A stretch of 64,000 bases of DNA from Elusimicrobiota bacterium (GTDB taxonomy: Bacteria; Elusimicrobiota; Endomicrobiia; Endomicrobiales; JAPLKN01). Numbering within the stretch: position 1 is the first letter of the stretch; the number at the start of each line of letters is the position of its first letter. Shown one piece after another: positions 18,831 through 28,902 of this stretch. Under the pieces are notes generated by a model. The model did no database searches, was not told the origin of the DNA, and was given only the letters and a program-made list of their open reading frames with translations. The stretch spans positions 35,046-99,045 of the forward strand of contig JBHPNE010000001.1 in assembly GCA_042562855.1 (NCBI GenBank), written 5' to 3'. Both the position numbers and the translations under genes were made by a program.

Positions 18831-20511
18831 ATGGCAAAAGGATCAAACATTTCAGAATTGCAGGTGGAAAGAAAAAAATTTAAACCAGTACTTCCGGCGG
18901 TACTCAAAGGCGGTCCGGCTGCAGTAAAACTAAAGTCAGGAAAAACTACACAATGTATATCAGATCAGGAAACGGTAAAAAAACTTTTCATCAATACTTA
19001 TGGAATGCCTGAAATTCATTTTTCTAAAGGGGTAAATTCGGGACTAAAAAAGAAAACGGTAAAAATCGGTGTGGTTTTATCAGGTGGCCAGGCTCCAGGG
19101 GGGGCATAATGTTATAGCGGGGATTTTTGATGGATTAAAAAAGGCCAATCCCAAAAATAAGCTCATAGGTTTTTTAGGCGGGCCTTCAGGTATTCTTGAT
19201 AATGAATGGAAGGAAATCACAGCCCCTTTTGTGGATCAATACAGAAACACAGGCGGTTTTGATATGATCCAGTCGGGCAGAACCAAAATAGAGACGCCTG
19301 CGCAGTTTGAACAGACTAAGCAGACTTTAATAAAAAATAAAATTGATGCACTTGTAGTTGTGGGAGGAGATGATTCAAATACAAACGGCGCCTTGTTGGC
19401 AGAATACTTTAGAAAAGAAAAAACTGGTATTAGCGTAATAGGCGTGCCTAAAACTATTGACGGCGATTTGAAAAATAAGCAGATTGAGGCATCTTTCGGT
19501 TTTGATACCGCTACAAAGATATATGCTGAATTAGTCGGAAATGTGTGCCGCGATGTAAACTCTGCAAGAAAGTATTGGCATTTTGTAAGACTTATGGGGC
19601 GATCAGCCTCACATATAACACTGGAAGTCGGATTTAAGACCCAGGCGAATATTATATTGGTTGGCGAGGAAGTCCTTGAAAAGAACATGACTCTTTCTCA
19701 AGTGGTTAACTATATTACTGAAATAATTACTAAACGTTCAGAAATGAAAAAGAATTTCGGAGTAATACTTATACCTGAAGGTTTGATTGAATTTATCCCT
19801 GAAATGAAAGAACTAATTTCTGCTTTAAATGATGTTCTTGCAGACAATGAAAAGGAGATCAATTCAATATCGAGCATAGTTGAACGTAAAAATCTTGTAT
19901 ACGAAAAACTCCCTGAAAAATTAGCCGCACTCATGAAGTCTCTTCCGGATGGTATAGAATCTCAGCTAATGCTGGATCGTGATCCTCACGGGAACGTCCA
20001 GGTTTCATTGATAGAAACTGAAAAGCTGCTTATTGAAATGGTTAAGATCAGGCTTTCTCAGCTCAAGAAGGAAGGAAAATTTGATGGTAAATTTTCTACT
20101 ATCACCCATTTTTTTGGTTATGAGGGTCGTTGCGGAGCACCGTCAAATTTTGATGCGAACTATACTTATGCATTGGGATATAATGCGTCAGTGCTTGCAC
20201 TAAACGGGCTTACCGGTTACTTATCTTCCGTAAGAAAGCTTGTGAAAAAATCAAATCAGTGGGAATGCGGCGGGATTCCGTTAACAATGATGATGAACAT
20301 TGAAAGAAGAAAAGGCAAAGAAAAGCCGGTCATACAAAAGGCTTTGGTCAGGCTTGATGGAGCACCGTTTAAAGAATTGGTTAAAAACAGGGAAAGCTGG
20401 GCTTTAGCTGAAGACTATATTTATCCCGGCCCTATACAGTATTTTGGACCTTCAACTGTTGCAGACATTACAACTAAGACTCTACAATTGGAACAAAAAG
20501 GCAGCAAATAA
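18831..20511 (+). pseudogene. pfp: Pyrophosphate-dependent phosphofructokinase, interrupted by a 1-nt frameshift in a G7 run (19098-19104)
   Basis: ORF 18831..19109 ends ...[14 protein letters not shown] 19069..20511 continues in the next frame with [10 protein letters not shown]. Removing one G restores the conserved GGQAPGGHNVI. The downstream motifs GVPKTIDGD and MGRSASHI are intact. Confidence 0.85.
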
Positions 20512-20528
20512 AGACTTGCGGAGAACTT

Positions 20529-21155
20529 ATGCAGCTATGGGATGCACTGTTGGGTAAGAATGCGGTTTTGCAAACAATAAAGAAAAGGCGCAGTACAAGA
20601 GTGTTTTTAGATAAACAAGTTCCTGATGAGGATATAGATGCGCTTCTTCAGGCGGCAAATCAGGCTCCTTCAGCCCACAATCAGCAGTCCTGGCGTTTTA
20701 TTGTAATCAAAGGAAAGAAAAAAAGTGAACTAGTAAACCTTATTACCGATAAAGCCGCCCAACTTCCAAAAACTTCCTCGGTTCTTTTGAGAATGGCTTC
20801 CAGGAGCATTCAGGAAGCACCCGTTGTTATTGCTATTTCAAATTCCGGTGAGCTTATGAAACGCGGGGGAGAACGTTTTAAACTAAACAAAAATATATCG
20901 CATGATTTCTTTAGAACAATGGAAATACAAAGTTCTGCCGCGGCAGTTCAAAATCTCCTTCTTGCTGCAACCTCTCTTGATATAGGTGCTGTATGGCTTG
21001 GAATTCTTTTTTTAATTAAAGATGATGTTTTAGAATTTTTAGAAGAACCAAAGGGAGAATTTATGGCGGTGGTTCCGGTTGGTTACGCTTCAAAAGAAAT
21101 GAAGGGGCCTAAAAAAAGAGGACTAGAAGCAGTTGTAAAAAGGTTTGAGGATTAG
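20529..21155 (+). CDS. Nitroreductase family protein
   Basis: RRSTRVF and PSAHNQQSWRF motifs. 208 aa. Confidence 0.8.
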   Translation: MQLWDALLGKNAVLQTIKKRRSTRVFLDKQVPDEDIDALLQAANQAPSAHNQQSWRFIVIKGKKKSELVNLITDKAAQLPKTSSVLLRMASRSIQEAPVVIAISNSGELMKRGGERFKLNKNISHDFFRTMEIQSSAAAVQNLLLAATSLDIGAVWLGILFLIKDDVLEFLEEPKGEFMAVVPVGYASKEMKGPKKRGLEAVVKRFED

Positions 21156-21156
21156 G

Positions 21157-21774
21157 ATGATTAAATTAATTGTAAAGGAATTGAAAGAACATGTACCGTT
21201 TACATTCTTCGGGGCTGTTACGGGAATAGTGTTAATGATATTTTTTTACAGACTTCCGTACAATGTATCATACAATATTTTTTATGTCCTTCATCCCATG
21301 CATGTTTTTTTCAGTGCTTTTGTGACAGCCTCTTTATTTGAAATATACAATAGGAAGAAAAACTGCAGAAGTAACATTTTTGCACTGATTTTAATAGGTT
21401 ATACGGGGTCAGTCGGTATCGCTACATTGAGCGATTCTTTAATTCCATATATCGGAGAAGTATTATTAAATCTACCGAACAAGGAAGCGCATATCGGTTT
21501 TATTGAAGAATGGTGGTTAGTAAATCCCTTGGCATTTGCCGGTATTGCAGCTGCATATTTTATCCCAAGAACAAAAATGCCGCATGCCGGCCATGTACTA
21601 TTGAGTACCTGGGCATCTCTTTTTCATATAATCATGGCTTCAGGCGATCAGATGAGTTGGCTCCTATATTTAATGGTATTCATCTTTTTGTTTCTTGCAG
21701 TCTGGATACCATGTTGCTTAAGCGATATAATATTTCCACTTCTTTTTGTAAATGAAAAGAGGCATTGTCATTAA
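21157..21774 (+). CDS. Integral membrane protein of unknown function
   Basis: The start was moved to the ATG at 21157. It has 6-7 hydrophobic segments and His-containing motifs (HPMHVF, PHAGHV). Confidence 0.5.
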   Translation: MIKLIVKELKEHVPFTFFGAVTGIVLMIFFYRLPYNVSYNIFYVLHPMHVFFSAFVTASLFEIYNRKKNCRSNIFALILIGYTGSVGIATLSDSLIPYIGEVLLNLPNKEAHIGFIEEWWLVNPLAFAGIAAAYFIPRTKMPHAGHVLLSTWASLFHIIMASGDQMSWLLYLMVFIFLFLAVWIPCCLSDIIFPLLFVNEKRHCH

Positions 21775-21784
21775 GGAGAAAATC

Positions 21785-22240
21785 ATGGGATTGTTCAAGT
21801 ATTTTAAATCCTTATTCGTAAGGGAGGCGGTTGTGGATTACAAAAAGCTTGTTATCGCAGCAGTTGCAGTATTTTTTGTTTATGAGTTTGTTGATTTTAC
21901 TGTTCATTCATTGATTCTAGCACCTACTTACATGAAAATGCAGAATATTTGGCGAGCGGATATGATGCAGAAAATGTGGATAATGTATATTACTGCGCTC
22001 GTTTTTTCTTTTACTTTTGTTTATATTTTTGCGAAGGGCTATGAAGGTAAAGGAATTATTGAGGGGGTGCGTTTTGGCGCTATAATATCTTTGCTCATGC
22101 TTTTGCCTGGAATATTTAACCAATATGTAATTTACCCAGTATCTTACAAACTAGCGCTTACGTGGTTTGTTTTTGGAGTTGCTCAGTTTGTGATATGCGG
22201 CATTGTTGCATCTCTTATTTATAAACCGAAAAAAGCGTAA
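21785..22240 (+). CDS. Integral membrane protein (DUF1761-like)
   Basis: The start was moved to the ATG at 21785, which has an AGGAG RBS. 4 TM segments. The family assignment is tentative. Confidence 0.45.
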   Translation: MGLFKYFKSLFVREAVVDYKKLVIAAVAVFFVYEFVDFTVHSLILAPTYMKMQNIWRADMMQKMWIMYITALVFSFTFVYIFAKGYEGKGIIEGVRFGAIISLLMLLPGIFNQYVIYPVSYKLALTWFVFGVAQFVICGIVASLIYKPKKA

Positions 22241-22247
22241 AATCACA

Positions 22248-22871
22248 TTATAGAAATTTAACTATTGTATAAAGACTTCTGGCTAAATACCATATCCCCA
22301 CAGCAATTGCCGCGATACGGCCGATTAATTTTACGCTTTCAAAAGCGGTTAACCTTTCAGTAAATAAAAGAAATATTAACCAAAGACTTGACCCTAAATA
22401 AAACCCTAAGAAGTATATAATAGGTTTTATTAAGCTCTTCATTTGAAGAGCATCGCTTAATCCTAACAGGAAAGGCGGACAGATATTTACCCCCAAAACA
22501 AAACCGGCAAAAAACGGAAAATTCTTTTCAAAAAAACCTCTGGAAAAATTCCCACAGAAAGAAAAACTTGTGTTTATTTTACCGAATGCATAGAAAAGAA
22601 GCCAAAAAGCTAAAAGTAGTGTAAGAGCAGAAAATATTAAGGGATCTATCCTGCCGTTAAAATATATACCTATAGTTCCTGAGGCAACGGCAAACAAAAT
22701 ATATGCTGTAAGTCTGCCAAGCATAAAATATACAACAGGAAAAATTATTTTTCTTTTTTCAGATAATAAAAAGGGGAGTAATACGGGAAGGCATGTTCCA
22801 ATACAAAAAAAATTGACCGATAGACCAGTTAATGTTCCTTGAATTAATTGTTCCATTGTTTTTAGAAGCAA
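22248..22871 (-). CDS. DsbD_2/UreH-like transmembrane protein (paired cysteines in TM1)
   Basis: 6 TM segments. The TM1 motif FFCIGTCLPVLLP resembles the C-x3-C-x-P of DsbD_2-type membrane proteins. It lies 6 nt downstream of the radical SAM gene on the same strand. Confidence 0.45.
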   Translation of the reverse strand: MLLKTMEQLIQGTLTGLSVNFFCIGTCLPVLLPFLLSEKRKIIFPVVYFMLGRLTAYILFAVASGTIGIYFNGRIDPLIFSALTLLLAFWLLFYAFGKINTSFSFCGNFSRGFFEKNFPFFAGFVLGVNICPPFLLGLSDALQMKSLIKPIIYFLGFYLGSSLWLIFLLFTERLTAFESVKLIGRIAAIAVGIWYLARSLYTIVKFL

Positions 22872-22877
22872 TAAGAC

Positions 22878-23948
22878 TTATTCCCAGATCCCAGATATTT
22901 TATGGCCGCAGTAAATACATTTACCTTTTTTTATATGGAACCCTTCTATAAAATAACCCTTTCTTTCAACAAGCAACTTTTTGCAATTCGGACAATAAGT
23001 ATTTTCATATTTGTGACCGGGTACATTTCCCAGATACACATAATTTATTCCGGATTCTTTTGCAATAGAATACGCCGTTTCTAGGGTTTTTACCGGTGTT
23101 GGGGGTAAGTTGGTAAGTTTATGTCTTGGGAAAAACCGCAAAAAATGAACAGGAACATTATCCCCCAGATTTTCAACTATCCAATCACAAAGTTTCTGTA
23201 TTTCTTCCTGACTGTCGTTTAAGGTGGGAACCACTAAATAACCAACTTCAAGCCAGACATCATTCTCTTTTAATATCTTTAATGTTTCAAGAACGGGTTC
23301 AAATTTTGCAGCAGCAACTTTTCTATAGGCTCTTTTTGAAAAACCCTTCAGGTCCACGTTTGCTGCATCCAAGACAGTGCAGAGTTGTTTCAGAGGTTTA
23401 GGGTTGATATATCCGCTTGTTACCCACACATTTCGTATCCCGTGTTCTTTTGCAAGGAAAGCAGTATCATACATGTATTCATAGAAAACAGTCGGCTCGC
23501 TGTAGGTATAGGATATTGAGGGAGAATGCTTTTCTTTAGCAATTTTAATAACTTCTTCGGGCAACAATTCTTGTGAAACTACATTTTCTGGTTTTGCTTG
23601 AGATATGCTCCAGTTTTGGCAAAATACACATCTTAAATTACATCCTGCTGTTGCAATAGACAATGTTGTTGTTTGCGGCAAAAAATGGAAAAGAGGTTTT
23701 TTCTCAATCGGATCTAGGTTTAAGGAGCACACTTTTGCATAAACTAAACTTTGCAGTTTCCCATCGATATTTTTTCTTACCGTACAAACACCTGTTTGTC
23801 CGTCTTTTAGGAAACATTCACGCGGACAAAGGAGGCATTGTACGTCAGTTTTTTGTATTTTTTCATAATAGCGGGCTTCCTCAGCATAAAGAACGCTAAA
23901 TAAAAGAAGACACGATAAGAAGGTAAAAATATATTTCATATATGACAC
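22878..23948 (-). CDS. AmmeMemoRadiSam-type radical SAM enzyme (AmrS-like) with an N-terminal signal/anchor-like extension
   Basis: The radical SAM motif is CNLRCVFCQNWSISQ. The upstream Cys cluster is CLLCPRECFLKDGQTGVC. DPIEKKPLFHF and a C-terminal CPNC...CIYCG are present. The N-terminus is MKYIFTFLSCLLLFSVLYAEE. The listed start is GTG at 23948, with an alternative ATG at 23939. Confidence 0.85.
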   Translation of the reverse strand: MSYMKYIFTFLSCLLLFSVLYAEEARYYEKIQKTDVQCLLCPRECFLKDGQTGVCTVRKNIDGKLQSLVYAKVCSLNLDPIEKKPLFHFLPQTTTLSIATAGCNLRCVFCQNWSISQAKPENVVSQELLPEEVIKIAKEKHSPSISYTYSEPTVFYEYMYDTAFLAKEHGIRNVWVTSGYINPKPLKQLCTVLDAANVDLKGFSKRAYRKVAAAKFEPVLETLKILKENDVWLEVGYLVVPTLNDSQEEIQKLCDWIVENLGDNVPVHFLRFFPRHKLTNLPPTPVKTLETAYSIAKESGINYVYLGNVPGHKYENTYCPNCKKLLVERKGYFIEGFHIKKGKCIYCGHKISGIWE

Positions 23949-23993
23949 AAAAATTCTACTTCTTCAAATAGATAAAGCCAAACATAACTTTCA

Positions 23994-26165
23994 TTAGGCT
24001 TTATTGCGGGATAAAAATGAGGGCAGTACAAGCCATTTTAAAGTAATGATTTTTAATATTACAACACAAATGATCGTTTTTTCTATTCCCCATGCCGGAA
24101 TAAGAAGAGTTCCGGCTAAAACTGATGCGAACCAAGCACCCAACACGTCTGCTGAGTAGACCTTTCCTCCTATGGATGCCTCTCTTTCATAGGTCTGTTT
24201 ACGCATAATTGATGAAATAATCGGGAATTCAAAGCCTACGAAATATCCTGATCCTGCGGACAGAACGAACAAAAGGGGAATATTGACTAAAGAATATTTA
24301 ATTAAAATCCACCATAAAATTATCCAAACGCAGAAAATAATTTCAGTTTTTAGTAGAACATTTTCGTTTTCCAATCGGTATCTATACTGCATAGTCCATG
24401 CACCTAGGCTTGAGCCAATCATAAAAAAAGCACTCAAAACCCCTATCCAATAGTAAATATTTCCGCTGATTATTTGAAGCGCGAGTATACTTATCATCTG
24501 AAGACTCATGCCCGCAAAACCCGAACTGAAGGCCGTTCCGCGGGCTTTTACTTTTGACAGCGAAAGCAAAAATAGGATTACGACCACAATTATCAAGGAG
24601 TAGTTCACAAAGAACTTATAAATGAGCGTAAAATGAGGAGAAAATATAGACTGCCAATATAATAGAGCTTTTAGCATTCCATTAGGGGAAAAATCCTTAT
24701 TAATTGCGGTTTCAACAGAGCTTGTGATTTGGTAAAGAAGTATGTTTTTTCTTTCAAGATTTAGCTTGTAATCAATCAAGGATGAGCTCAAATATTTCGT
24801 ATCCAGTCTTAATTTTTTTAAACGATCTTTAATAACACTTGGAGCAACTATCGGAGAGTCAGATCCTATAAAGAGGTTAGTTTCTCCGGGTATCAGATCA
24901 GTATGTTTAAAGACTTTTTGCAGGGTGTTTAATATAGTGTTATTGAGCCTTGCCTGATATTTATCTACGTATACGGACGATCCGGGCAAAGTAAATGCAA
25001 CTATTCCGTTTTTAAGCAGTCTACTTTTTGCTAAATTAAAAAATTCGTAGGTGTAGAATCTGTTCAATGATAGAGTTAAAGGATAAGACAGGCCAATTAG
25101 AATTACATCGTATTTTGTCTCATACTTCTTTAAATATGAGCGCCCGTCTTCCAAGCTCATTTGTATTCTTGGATCGGACAGAGAGTATTTTGCCTCTTTG
25201 GGCCAGTATGAATATAGAAATTCCAGATATGCAGGATCAGTTTCAAGATAATGAAGTTTTTTTACCTTATGGTCTAAAATAGTACTAATATATTTTCCTG
25301 AACCTCCAATTAAGATTACTGATTTCGGATTTGGATGAAACAGAAGAGACAGATGGCCAAATTCCTCAGCAGAAGCCGTATCAATGTTTGGCAGGCTGAT
25401 TTGAGGGACTCCGTTTGAAAAAAGTACCTTTTCATCATCTCTTACTGCAGAGCTGATTTTTCCCTGGAATGAATCCGTGTACTTTTCAACTTTATAGCCT
25501 TGGAATATTTCAGCGAAAGTATATTTTTCTATGGTAGATGTTAAAAATGGTGCCAAGAAAATAAAAACGATAAGAGAAATTACTGCTTGGTTTTTATGTT
25601 TCGTTACCATATATAAAGCCCACAAGCACACTGTGCAGATCAATATAACGATGGCAAAAGGAATAAGCGTATGAATTAAAATGAAAGTAAATATTACGCC
25701 GCCGGCCAGGCATCCGGCAGATTCCCAAAGATAGCAAGTGGCGAGTTTAAATACAGGTTTTTCTTTTTTAGCCCAGCTGACAATTGTGCTGAATTGCGAG
25801 CCCATTATAAAACTTAACGGGAAATAAATAAATAGTGACATAATAAAACAAGCAATTAGAGATATTCCTTCCCCTGGGAGAACTTGAAAAAGATTTCTAA
25901 TATTTCTGGTTAAAAAGAAAGAGACAATAAATAATATGAATGCTATGACGAATGATTTTGATAATGCATCCCTTTCGGTGATTTTTTCTCCGAAAGGATA
26001 TGTCGCTGCAACATAGCTTCCAACGGCGGTTCCAAGGAGCCAATTGGATAGCATTAAGCCTATTGTGAGTTCATTACCCTGAAAAACAACCAACATTTCT
26101 CTTAAAAGAAGAGTTTGCGTAACTATTGCAACAAAACCAGATATGAAGAACAATATTTTAAACAT
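23994..26165 (-). CDS. Fused polytopic membrane / spermidine synthase-like protein
   Basis: 723 aa. About 7 N-terminal and 5 C-terminal TM segments flank a soluble methyltransferase-fold core (VILIGGSG, LETDP, DVILIG, NGIVAF). Confidence 0.8.
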   Translation of the reverse strand: MFKILFFISGFVAIVTQTLLLREMLVVFQGNELTIGLMLSNWLLGTAVGSYVAATYPFGEKITERDALSKSFVIAFILFIVSFFLTRNIRNLFQVLPGEGISLIACFIMSLFIYFPLSFIMGSQFSTIVSWAKKEKPVFKLATCYLWESAGCLAGGVIFTFILIHTLIPFAIVILICTVCLWALYMVTKHKNQAVISLIVFIFLAPFLTSTIEKYTFAEIFQGYKVEKYTDSFQGKISSAVRDDEKVLFSNGVPQISLPNIDTASAEEFGHLSLLFHPNPKSVILIGGSGKYISTILDHKVKKLHYLETDPAYLEFLYSYWPKEAKYSLSDPRIQMSLEDGRSYLKKYETKYDVILIGLSYPLTLSLNRFYTYEFFNLAKSRLLKNGIVAFTLPGSSVYVDKYQARLNNTILNTLQKVFKHTDLIPGETNLFIGSDSPIVAPSVIKDRLKKLRLDTKYLSSSLIDYKLNLERKNILLYQITSSVETAINKDFSPNGMLKALLYWQSIFSPHFTLIYKFFVNYSLIIVVVILFLLSLSKVKARGTAFSSGFAGMSLQMISILALQIISGNIYYWIGVLSAFFMIGSSLGAWTMQYRYRLENENVLLKTEIIFCVWIILWWILIKYSLVNIPLLFVLSAGSGYFVGFEFPIISSIMRKQTYEREASIGGKVYSADVLGAWFASVLAGTLLIPAWGIEKTIICVVILKIITLKWLVLPSFLSRNKA

Positions 26166-26234
26166 GATGTCACGATTTTAACAAAATATTTTTATTTTTA
26201 CAAAACTAATTCTATTTTTGGTATAATAAATATA

Positions 26235-26909
26235 ATGGGAGCAAAAATGAATAAAAAGCTCATTACGTTATTTTTAAATTTGTGTATAATAATGGTTTTC
26301 CAAAAAGCTTTTGGAGGAGAAATAAAAAATGTTAGTTTGCCTCAGCCAAAACTGGACAGTTCCTATTCTTTAGAAAGAGCAATACTAAAAAGAAGGTCTG
26401 TAAGAAATTATATAAATAAAGAGCTCGACAATGGTCAGATCTCTCAAGTTTTATGGTCCGCCCAAGGAATTACGAACAAAAGCATGGGTTTTCGTTCCGC
26501 TCCTTCAGCTGGGGCAATTTATCCTATAGAGTTGCTTGTTCTTACAAACAAAGGAGTATTCATTTATTATCCGGATAATCATTCTCTAGGTAAAATCAGC
26601 AGTGCAGATAAACGCTCAGAGTTGTCGAGGGCGGCATATAGCCAGGGTTTTATTTCAGATGCAGGTATGACCGTCGTTGTTTGTGCAAATTATTCGCATA
26701 TAACCAAAAGATACGGTAGTCGCGGGATTAGATATGCAGACATGGAAGCCGGACACATTGCTCAAAATATACATCTACAGGCAGTTGCTCTAGAGCTTTC
26801 TTCTGTACCTGTTGCTGCGTTTTCAGAGGAAGGAGTTCATGAGCTGTTAAATCTTTCAAAGGATTCTACGCCGATTTATATAATTTCCGTTGGGTATAAA
26901 AATGAATAA
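26235..26909 (+). CDS. SagB/ThcOx-type nitroreductase-fold protein with signal peptide
   Basis: The start was moved to the ATG at 26235 (or 26247), because the listed start overlaps the divergent gene. Motifs RRSVRNY, WSAQGIT and PSAGAIYP are present. The N-terminus is KKLITLFLNLCIIMVFQKAFG. Confidence 0.75.
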   Translation: MGAKMNKKLITLFLNLCIIMVFQKAFGGEIKNVSLPQPKLDSSYSLERAILKRRSVRNYINKELDNGQISQVLWSAQGITNKSMGFRSAPSAGAIYPIELLVLTNKGVFIYYPDNHSLGKISSADKRSELSRAAYSQGFISDAGMTVVVCANYSHITKRYGSRGIRYADMEAGHIAQNIHLQAVALELSSVPVAAFSEEGVHELLNLSKDSTPIYIISVGYKNE

Positions 26910-27633
26910 TATGAAAAAAATACTAATTATCTTTACAATTTTGGTTTCAACAGTTAAAGGGCTTGCGTTAGCTGAAAAGCTCTGGGAAATCAAAAGTTCT
27001 TTGGGGTATAACAGTTTTAGTGGTAATACTGACAGTCAGCAGTTGGCAATAGATGTATTTGCAAACAGAAAAACAAACGGTGACGAATTTACGGTTTCCG
27101 GGAATACTTATTATTCGGCAATCAGCGGCCAATTGGACGCGGAAAGATGGTACAATATGGTGCGTTATGCATTTAGTTTCGGAGAGAAGAGATGGTTTAA
27201 CTTCTATAAAGTTGAAACTGACCATGACCGCTTTACAAATATTGACTACAGAATAGTTCCTTCAATCGGTGTGGGTTATTGGCATTCAGATAAACCAGAT
27301 TGGAAGCTGATGGGTGAAGTCGGAGCCGGTTACGTTTACACGGCATATACCAGCACATCTTCTGTAGAAAATAACGGCATAATATTGGTAGCCAGGGTGT
27401 TTTTGGAAAAAGGGGTATTTGATTCATCAAAAATTACACAGCAGGTAAAGTTTTATCATTCGTTAGATGATATAAATAATTTTAGAATATTTTCCGAGAC
27501 ATCGTTCATAAACCCTGTAAACAAAAACATTTCAATAAAATTTAGCTTGGTTGATGAATATAATTCACAACCGGCCGTTGGAGCTGAAAAAAACGACCTA
27601 AGATTTATGACACTTTTGACCTATACGTATTAA
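26902..27633 (+). CDS. DUF481 (YdiY-like) outer membrane beta-barrel protein
   Basis: Signal peptide. Alternating beta-strand pattern with GNTDSQ and DHDRFTNIDYR motifs. The C-terminus is aromatic (TYTY). Confidence 0.7.
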   Translation: MNNMKKILIIFTILVSTVKGLALAEKLWEIKSSLGYNSFSGNTDSQQLAIDVFANRKTNGDEFTVSGNTYYSAISGQLDAERWYNMVRYAFSFGEKRWFNFYKVETDHDRFTNIDYRIVPSIGVGYWHSDKPDWKLMGEVGAGYVYTAYTSTSSVENNGIILVARVFLEKGVFDSSKITQQVKFYHSLDDINNFRIFSETSFINPVNKNISIKFSLVDEYNSQPAVGAEKNDLRFMTLLTYTY

Positions 27634-27674
27634 AATATTGTATAATAAACAAAAATTTGAAAAAGGACTAAAAT

Positions 27675-28778
27675 ATGGAAGAGCAAAATATCACTAAACC
27701 AAAGGGAAGTTTTTTGAAATTATCATTATCATTTGTTTTTGGAATTGTTTTTACCGTTCTTTTAATTAATTTTAGCATACAGCGTTTACTGGGCAATTAT
27801 TTGTTGGAAATTGCGAATAAAAAAATACCTGAAATATTTGACAGAAAGATTAGTATTGAAAAGATAAATATTTCAGCAATTACCGGAAAAGTAATACTAA
27901 AGAATGTTAAGATTGAAACCTATCCTCAAGTATCATCCAAACCCGCTCTTACTGTGCCAAGTTTTGTAATCCAGATATCTCTACAGGACCTTTTTATCGG
28001 TAAACTTTTGATAAGAAAAGTTGTGTTGGCCAAGCCCGTACTAAACGCAAAGTTAGAAGGCATATCAAAAAGTGATTCAATGCTTTCATATATTGCAGGC
28101 CTTAGAAGCTTAAACGTGGGTCCTCGAAATCTGTTTATTCACAAGGGTCTGTTTATTGCGGATATTGACGAATCCAATGAATTGGTGATTTTTTCCGATT
28201 TTAACGTTGCTATTAAAAATATGCCGGTTAAATTTAACGAGGATAGGCCTTTTAGTGTTGAGTTATCTGCCAGCATACCCTCATTTGAAAAGGGCTTTAT
28301 AAATTTAGACCTGCAGTTTAATTCTGTTAGGCCTAATCTTGATTTCGAAGGAGAATTCAAGGCAAAAAATGTTTCCATTCCTTATTTTTCTCCGATGTTT
28401 AGAGAAGGAGATGAAGTTATCGTTCAAAACGGCACCCTTGAAATTCGAAGCAATATTCATTGTGTAGATAATTGGCTCACGGAAAGTAATGTCATAAGCA
28501 TAAATAAGCTAAACCTTGATATATCTTCCAAAAAAATATTCGGTATTCCTGCGGAAGTTGCTACAGAATTTTTCGAATCAAACACTGTTACCTTTGATCT
28601 GCCTATCAGCGGAGACATAAGGAATTTAAATTATGATTTTGAAACTGCCTCAACCCAAGTTATGTATAAGGCTCTTCAGGGGAGATTCAAAAGCGATGCT
28701 TTTACAAAAAAAATATCTGAACGTTTCGGCAAAAAAATCGGAAAAAAGCTTGATGTACTGTTTGCCAAACTCTTATAA
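27675..28778 (+). CDS. Membrane-anchored hypothetical protein (AsmA/DUF748-like)
   Basis: A single N-terminal TM segment is followed by a beta-rich region. The family call is tentative. Confidence 0.45.
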   Translation: MEEQNITKPKGSFLKLSLSFVFGIVFTVLLINFSIQRLLGNYLLEIANKKIPEIFDRKISIEKINISAITGKVILKNVKIETYPQVSSKPALTVPSFVIQISLQDLFIGKLLIRKVVLAKPVLNAKLEGISKSDSMLSYIAGLRSLNVGPRNLFIHKGLFIADIDESNELVIFSDFNVAIKNMPVKFNEDRPFSVELSASIPSFEKGFINLDLQFNSVRPNLDFEGEFKAKNVSIPYFSPMFREGDEVIVQNGTLEIRSNIHCVDNWLTESNVISINKLNLDISSKKIFGIPAEVATEFFESNTVTFDLPISGDIRNLNYDFETASTQVMYKALQGRFKSDAFTKKISERFGKKIGKKLDVLFAKLL

Positions 28779-28807
28779 ATAGGAACTGAAAAATCAATAA
28801 AATAAAG

Positions 28808-28846
28808 CCTTTTGATTTAATTATCAAATGGTTTTATTTTTTTAAT
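28808..28846 (+). terminator. Rho-independent terminator candidate
   Basis: CCTTTTGAT / ATCAAATGG stem (one mismatch) followed by TTTTATTTTTTT. Confidence 0.4.
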
Positions 28847-28902
28847 AGTTTTGCTAGAATAAGCCGGAATTAGGAAAGACTAAAATATTGTATTTTTAAA
28901 AA

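Noticed and set aside
19069-19110. The listed N-terminus [12 protein letters not shown] of ORF 19069..20511 as a genuine start.
   Set aside because: It is the out-of-frame read of the upstream pfp segment. Conserved PFP sequence resumes only at HNVIAG after the G7 run, so the two ORFs are one frameshifted gene.
21510-21755. An 81-aa ORF in an alternative frame within the membrane protein gene 21157..21774.
   Set aside because: It is fully nested in the same strand of a longer ORF with clear TM periodicity. It is Cys/Arg-rich with no start context.
26115-26234. The listed start of the SagB-type ORF at 26115.
   Set aside because: It would overlap the divergent gene's start (26165) by 51 nt and adds a non-hydrophobic, Lys/Tyr/Phe-rich extension. 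The ATGs at 26235 and 26247 directly precede the signal peptide.
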